From the NCBI GenBank assembly GCA_043228905.1, contig JBHGNT010000040.1:124001-188000 (forward strand): DNA of 64,000 nucleotides, in the 5' to 3' direction. The DNA is from Azolla caroliniana (lineage: Eukaryota; Plantae; Polypodiophyta). The notes beneath the pieces are model-generated. The model saw only the letters and a list, made by a program, of their open reading frames with translations. It was not told the DNA's origin and made no database searches. The translations under genes were made by a program, and so were the position numbers. This document shows positions 56,401 to 64,000 of this stretch, one piece after another; position 1 is the stretch's first letter, and each line of letters starts with the position of its first letter.

Positions 56401-58349
56401 GCTAGTGTTGTTAGCTTCGATTCGCATGTTTGAATACTAAAATCAGATATCACTCGAGCCAGGTATGACAATTTTAATTTACTGACGCGCTCTTCTCAAC
56501 TCCCTCCTCTAATTTACTAATTTCTTCATGTCTCTCGACCTGAGTTTCAAAATCTTGATTTTCTAATTCCATATCATAGCTAGTGTTATTAGCTTCGATT
56601 CGCATGATTTGAACACTAAAATCCGATATCACACGAGCCAGTTATGAACATTTTAATTTACTCACGCGCTATTCTCAACTCCCTCCTCAAATTTGGTAAT
56701 TTCTTCATGTCTCTCGACCTGAGTTTCAAAATCTTGATTTTTTAATTCCATATCATATCTAGTGTTGTTAGCTTCGATTCGCATGTTTGAACACAACAAT
56801 CCCATATCACACGAGCCAAGTACGAACATTTTAATTTACTCACGCGCTCTTCTCAACTCCCTCCCCTGATTTACTAATTTCATCATGTCTCTCGACCTGA
56901 GTTTCAAAATCTTGATTTTCTAATTCCATATCATAGCTAGTGTTATTAGCTTCGATTCGCATGATTTGAACACTAAAATCCGATATCACACGAGCCAGTT
57001 ATGAACATTTTAATTTACTCACGCGCTATTCTCAACTCCCTCCTCAAATTTGGTAATTTCTTCATGTCTCTCGACCTGAGTTTCAAAATCTTGATTTTTT
57101 AATTCCATATCATATCTAGTGTTGTTAGCTTCGATTCGCATGTTTGAACACTAAAATCAGATATCACACGAGCCAAGTACGAACATTTTAATTTACTCAC
57201 GCGCTCTTCTCAACTCCCTCCCCTGATTTACTAATTTCATCATGTCTCTCGACCTGAGTTTCAAAATCTTGATTTTCTAATTCCATATCATAGCTAGTGT
57301 TGTTAGCTTCGATTTGCATGTTTGAACACTAAAAGCAGATATCACTCGAGCCAGGTATGACAATTTTAATTTACTCACGCGCTCTTCTCAACTCCCTCCT
57401 CTAATTTGGTAATTTCTTCATGTCTCTCGACCTGAGTTTCAAAATCTTGATTTTTTAATTCCATATCATAGCTAGTGTTGTTAGCTTCGATTCGCATGTT
57501 TGAACACAGAAATCGGACATCACACGAGGCAGGTATGACAATTTTACTTTACTCAGGCGATCTTCTCAACTCCCTCCTTTGATTTACTAATTTCATCATG
57601 TCTCTCGACCTGAGTTTCACAATCTTGATTTTCTAATTCCATATCATAGCTAGTGTTGTTAGCTTCGATTCGCATGTTTAAACACTAAAATCAGATATCA
57701 CTCGAGCTAGGTATGACAATTTTAATTTACTCACGCGCTATTCTCAACTCCCTCCTCAAATTTGGTAATTTCATCATGTCTCTCGACCTGAGTCTCAAAA
57801 TCTTGATTTTTTAATTCCATATCATAGCTAGTGTTATTAGCTGCGATTCGCATGATTTGAACACTAAAATCCGATATCACACGAGCCAGTTATGAACATT
57901 TTAATTTACTCACGCGCTCTTCTCAACTCCCTCCTCAACTTTGGTAATTTCTTCATGTCTCTCGACCTGAGTTTCAAAATCTTGATTTTCTAATTCCAAA
58001 TCATAGCTAGTGTTGTTAGCTTCGATTCGCATGTTTGAACACTAAATTCCGATATCACACAAGCTAGGTATGACAATTTTAATTTACTCACGCGCTCTTC
58101 TCAACTCCCTCCTCTAATTTACTAATTTCTTCATGTCTCTCGACCTGAGTTTCAAAATCTTGATTTTTTAATTCCATATCATAGCTAGTGTTATTAGCTT
58201 CGATTCGCATGATTTGAACACTAAAATCCGATATCACACGAGCCAGTTATGAACATTTTAATTTACTCACGCGCTATTCTCAACTCCCTCCTCAAATTTG
58301 GTAATTTCTTCATGTCTCTCGACCTGAGTTTCAAAATCTTGATTTTTTA

Positions 58350-61300
58350 ATTCCATATCATAGCTAGTGTTGTTAGCTTCGATTCGCATGTTTGAACACA
58401 GAATTCGGACATCACACGAGGCAGGTATGACAATTTTACTTTACTCAGGCGATCTTCAGAACTCCCTCCTCTGATTTACTAATTTCATCATGTCTCGCGA
58501 CCTGAGTTTCGAAATCTTGATTTTTTAATTCCATATCATAGCTAGTGTTGTTAGCTTCGATTCGCATGTGTGAACACAACAATCCGATATCACACGAGCC
58601 AGGTATGAACATTTTAATTTACTCACGCGCTCCTCTCAACTCCCTCCTCAAATTTGGTAATTTCTTCATGTCTCTCGACCTGAGTTTCAAAATCTTGATT
58701 TTTTAATTTCATATCATAGCTAGTGTTGTTAGCTTCGATTCGCATGATGGAACACTAAAATCGGATATCACACGAGCCAGGTATGAACATTTTAATTTAC
58801 TCACTTGCTCTTCTCAACTCCCTCCTCAAATTTGCTAATTTCTTCATGTCTCTCGACCTGATTTCCAAATCTTGATTTTTTAATTCCATATCATAGCTAG
58901 TGTTGTTAGCTTCGATTGGCATGTTTGAACACTAAAATCCGATATCACACAAGCCAGGTATGACAATTTTAATTTACTCACTTGCTCTTCACAACTCCCT
59001 CCTCTAATTTACTAATTTCTTGATGTCTCTCGACCTGAGTTTCAAAATCTTGATTTTTTAATTCCATATCATAGCTAGTGTTGTTAGCTTCGATTCGCAT
59101 GTTTGAACACAGAAATCGGACATCACACGAGGCAGGTATGACAATTTTACTTTACTCAGGCGATCTTCTCAACTCCCTCCTTTGATTTACTAATTTCATC
59201 ATGTCTCTCGACCTGAGTTTCACAATCTTGATTTTCTAATTCCATATCATAGCTAGTGTTGTTAGCTTCGATTCGCATGTTTAAACACTAAAATCAGATA
59301 TCACTCGAGCCAGGTATGACAATTTTAATTTACTCACGCGCTCTTCTCAACTCCCTCCTCTAATTTACTAATTTCTTCATGTCTCTCGACCTGAGGTTCA
59401 AAATCTTGATTTTTTAATTCCATATCATAGCTAGTGTTATTAGCTGCGATTCGCATGATTTGAACACTAAAATCCGATATCACACGAGCCAGTTATGAAC
59501 ATTTTAATTTACTCACGCGCTATTCTCAACTCCCTCCTCAAATTTGGTAATTTCTTCATGTCTCTCGACCTGAGTTTCAAAAGCTTGATTTTTTAATTCC
59601 ATATCATAGCTAGTGTTGTTAGCTTCGATTCGCATGTTTGAACACTAAAATCAGATATCACTCGAGCCAGGTATGAACATTTGAATTTACTCACGCGCTC
59701 TTCTCAACTCCCTCCTCTAATTTGCTAATTTCTTCATGTCTCTCGACCTGAGTGTCAAAATCTTGATATTTTAATTCCATATCATAGCTAGTGTTGTTAG
59801 TTTCGATTCGCATCTTTGAACACTGAAATCCGATATCACTCGAGCCAGGTATGACAATTTTAATTTACTCACGCGCTATTCTCAACTCCCTCCTCAAATT
59901 TGGTAATTTCATCATGTCTCTCGACCTGAGTCTCAAAATCTTGATTTTTTAATTCCATATCATAGCTAGTGTTATTAGCTGCGATTCGCATGATTTGAAC
60001 ACTAAAATCCGATATCACACGAGCCAGTTATGAACATTTTAATTTACTCACGCGCTCTTCTCAACTCCCTCCTCAACTTTGGTAATTTCTTCATGTCTCT
60101 CGACCTGAGTTTCAAAATCTTGATTTTCTAATTCCAAATCATAGCTAGTGTTGTTAGCTTCGATTCGCATGTTTGAACACTAAATTCCGATATCACACAA
60201 GCTAGGTATGACAATTTTAATTTACTCACGCGCTCTTCTCAACTCCCTCCTCTAATTTACTAATTTCTTCATGTCTCTCGACCTGAGTTTCAAAATCTTG
60301 ATTTTTTAATTCCATATCATAGCTAGTGTTATTAGCTTCGATTCGCATGATTTGAACACTAAAATCCGATATCACACGAGCCAGTTATGAACATTTTAAT
60401 TTACTCACGCGCTATTCTCAACTCCCTCCTCAAATTTGGTAATTTCTTCATGTCTCTCGACCTGAGTTTCAAAATCTTGATTTTTTAATTCCATATCATA
60501 GCTAGTGTTGTTAGCTTCGATTCGCATGTTTGAACACAGAATTCGGACATCACACGAGGCAGGTATGACAATTTTACTTTACTCAGGCGATCTTCTCAAC
60601 TCCCTCCTCTGATTTACTAATTTCATCATGTCTCTCGACCTGAGTTTCAAAATCTTGATTTTCTAATTCCATATCATAGCTAGTGTTGTTAGCTTCGATT
60701 CGCATGTTTAAACACTCAAATCAGATATCACTCGAGCCAGGTATGACAATTTTACTTTACTCAGGCGATCTTCTCAACTCCCTCCTTTGATTTACTAATT
60801 TCATCATGTCTCTCGACCTGAGTTTCACAATCTTGATTTTCTAATTCCATATCATAGCTAGTGTTGTTAGCTTCGATTCGCATGTTTAAACACTAAAATC
60901 AGATATCACTCGAGCCAGGTATGACAATTTTAATTTACTCACGCGCTCTTCTCAACTCCCTCCTCTAATTTACTAATTTCTTCATGTCTCTCGACCTGAG
61001 GTTCAAAATCTTGATTTTTTAATTCCATATCATAGCTAGTGTTATTAGCTGCGATTCGCATGATTTGAACACTAAAATCCGATATCACACGAGCCAGTTA
61101 TGAACATTTTAATTTACTCACGCGCTATTCTCAACTCCCTCCTCAAATTTGGTAATTTCTTCATGTCTCTCGACCTGAGTGTCAAAATCTTGATATTTTA
61201 ATTCCATATCATAGCTAGTGTTGTTAGTTTCGATTCGCATCTTTGAACACTGAAATCCGATATCACTCGAGCCAGGTATGACAATTTTAATTTACTCACG

Positions 61301-63850
61301 CGCTATTCTCAACTCCCTCCTCAAATTTGGTAATTTCATCATGTCTCTCGACCTGAGTTTCAAAATCTTGATTTTTTAATTCCATATCATAGCTAGTGTT
61401 ATTAGCTGCGATTCGCATGATTTGAACACTAAAATCCGATATCACACGAGCCAGTTATGAACATTTTAATTTACTCACGCGCTCTTCTCAACTCCCTCCT
61501 CAAATTTGGTAATTTCTTCATGTCTCTCGACCTGAGTTTCAAAATCTTGATTTTCTAATTCCAAATCATAGCTAGTGTTGTTAGCTTCGATTCGCATGTT
61601 TGAACACTAAATTCCGATATCACACAAGCTAGGTATGACAATTTTAATTTACTCACGCGCTCTTCTCAACTCCCTCCTCTAATTTACTAATTTCTTCATG
61701 TCTCTCGACCTGAGTTTCAAAATCTTGATTTTCTAATTCCATATCATAGCTAGTGTTGTTAGCTTCGATTCGCATGTTTGAACACTAAAATCCGATATCA
61801 CACGAGCCAGTTATGAACATTTTAATTTACTCACGCGCTATTCTCAACTCCCTCCTCAAATTTGGTACTTTCTTCATGTCTCTCGACCTGAGTTTCAAAA
61901 TCTTGATTTTTTAATTCCATATCATAGCTAGTGTTGTTAGCTTCGATTCGCATGTTTGAACACAAAAATCGGATATCACACGAGCCAGGTATGACAATTT
62001 TAAATTACTCAGGCGATCTTCTCAAATCCCTCCTCTGATTTACAAATTTCATCATGTCTCTCGACCTGAGTTTCGAAATCTTGATTTTCTAATTCCATAT
62101 CATAGCTAGTGTTGTTAGCTTCGATTCGCATGTTTGAACACAACAATCTCATATCACACGACCCAGGTATGAACATTTTAATTTACTCACGTGCTCTTCT
62201 CCACTCCCTCCTCAAATTTGGTAATTTCTTCATGTCTCTCGACCTGAGTTTCAAAATCTTGATTTTCTAATTCCATATCATAGCTAGTGTTGTTAGCTTC
62301 GATTCGCATGTTTGAACACAGAATTCGGACATCACACGAGGCAGGTATGACAATTTTACTTTACTCAGGCGATCTTCTCAACTCCCTCCTCTGATTTACT
62401 AATTTCATCATGTCTCGCGACCTGAGTTTCGAAATCTTGATTTTTTAATTCCATATCATAGCTAGTGTTGTTAGCTTCGATTCGCATGTGTGAACACAAC
62501 AATCCGATATCACACGAGCCAGGTATGAACATTTTAATTTACTCACGCGCTCCTCTCAACTCCCTCCTCAAATTTGGTAATTTCTTCATGTCTCTCGACC
62601 TGAGTTTCAAAATCTTGATTTTTTAATTTCATATCATAGCTAGTGTTGTTAGCTTCGATTCGCATGATGGAACACTAAAATCGGATATCACACGAGCCAG
62701 GTATGAACATTTTAATTTACTCACTTGCTCTTCTCAACTCCCTCCTCAAATTTGCTAATTTCTTCATGTCTCTCGACCTGATTTCCAAATCTTGATTTTT
62801 TAATTCCATATCATAGCTAGTGTTGTTAGCTTCGATTGGCATGTTTGAACACTAAAATCCGATATCACACAAGCCAGGTATGACAATTTTAATTTACTCA
62901 CTTGCTCTTCACAACTCCCTCCTCTAATTTACTAATTTCTTGATGTCTCTCGACCTGAGTTTCAAAATCTTGATTTTTTAATTCCATATCATAGCTAGTG
63001 TTGTTAGCTTCGATTCGCATGTTTGAACACAGAAATCGGACATCACACGAGGCAGGTATGACAATTTTACTTTACTCAGGCGATCTTCTCAACTCCCTCC
63101 TTTGATTTACTAATTTCATCATGTCTCTCGACCTGAGTTTCACAATCTTGATTTTCTAATTCCATATCATAGCTAGTGTTGTTAGCTTCGATTCGCATGT
63201 TTAAACACTAAAATCAGATATCACTCGAGCCAGGTATGACAATTTTAATTTACTCACGCGCTCTTCTCAACTCCCTCCTCTAATTTACTAATTTCTTCAT
63301 GTCTCTCGACCTGAGGTTCAAAATCTTGATTTTTTAATTCCATATCATAGCTAGTGTTATTAGCTGCGATTCGCATGATTTGAACACTAAAATCCGATAT
63401 CACACGAGCCAGTTATGAACATTTTAATTTACTCACGCGCTATTCTCAACTCCCTCCTCAAATTTGGTAATTTCTTCATGTCTCTCGACCTGAGTTTCAA
63501 AAGCTTGATTTTTTAATTCCATATCATAGCTAGTGTTGTTAGCTTCGATTCGCATGTTTGAACACTAAAATCAGATATCACTCGAGCCAGGTATGAACAT
63601 TTGAATTTACTCACGCGCTCTTCTCAACTCCCTCCTCTAATTTGCTAATTTCTTCATGTCTCTCGACCTGAGTGTCAAAATCTTGATATTTTAATTCCAT
63701 ATCATAGCTAGTGTTGTTAGTTTCGATTCGCATCTTTGAACACTGAAATCCGATATCACTCGAGCCAGGTATGACAATTTTAATTTACTCACGCGCTATT
63801 CTCAACTCCCTCCTCAAATTTGGTAATTTCATCATGTCTCTCGACCTGAG
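58350..63850 (+). repeat. ~1.6-kb block duplication at 3920-bp (22-monomer) offset: ~58350-59930 matches ~62270-63850
   Basis: TGTCTCGCGACC at 58491/62411, ATTTCCAAAT at 58861/62781 and AAGCTTGATT at 59581/63501; all offsets are 3920. Confidence 0.92.
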
Positions 63851-64000
63851 TTTCAAAATCTTGATTTTTTAATTCCATATCATAGCTAGTGTTATTAGCT
63901 GCGATTCGCATGATTTGAACACTAAAATCCGATATCACACGAGCCAGTTATGAACATTTTAATTTACTCACGCGCTCTTCTCAACTCCCTCCTCAAATTT

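Larger units (their letters stand above)
1..64000 (+). repeat. Tandem satellite DNA array, 178/179-bp monomer, ~359 copies, single orientation, extending past both window edges (probable eukaryotic centromeric/pericentromeric or heterochromatic satellite)
   Basis: Seen: TTCATGTCTCTCGACCTGAGTTTCAAAATC recurs at 1, 180, ~358, ~536 and so on to the window end with no unrelated interruption. Measured block offsets all divide into ~178.2-178.4 bp units. The centromeric/heterochromatic role is inferred from the nucleosome-plus-linker monomer size, not demonstrated. Confidence 0.99.

Noticed and set aside
18998-63850. Offsets of 22, 44, 66 and 77 monomers hinting at an underlying 11- or 22-mer HOR
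   Set aside because: Other offsets (10, 12, 13, 17, 19, 21, 34, 37) do not fit, and monomer order does not repeat regularly every 11 or 22 units. This is likely coincidence.
1-64000. CRISPR array or other repeat-spacer system
   Set aside because: There are no unique spacers. The whole 178/179-bp unit is repeated with only point variants, and no cas or other genes are present.
1-64000. Embedded retrotransposon, telomeric repeat or strand inversion
   Set aside because: None was seen. Monomer phase and orientation continue from the first base to the last.

Overview
The whole 64 kb window is one uninterrupted head-to-tail satellite array of about 359 copies of a 178/179-bp monomer (~35% GC), all in the same orientation. 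I see no genes, RNA genes, transposons, CRISPR spacers or unique DNA. The ten 60-aa ORFs are translations of single monomers starting at GTG and are rejected. Monomer size, homogeneity and the CG/CHG transition variants fit a eukaryotic, probably plant, (peri)centromeric or heterochromatic satellite, but I cannot name the family or species. The real structure is in the variant pattern: (i) nested near-identical block duplications at offsets of 10, 12, 13, 17, 19, 21, 22, 34, 44, 66 and 77 monomers, with no single fixed higher-order repeat; (ii) a switch of monomer subfamilies at ~32-34 kb; (iii) a ~90-bp patch of right-domain variants exactly at a tandem-duplication junction at 9.83-9.92 kb; (iv) a strict 179/178 alternation (incipient 357-bp dimer) at 55-57 kb; (v) a nested dyad element in the monomer. 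I found no support for a novel gene-encoded system. Offsets were read by eye from shared rare variants, and block boundaries are approximate (about +/-50 bp or more).
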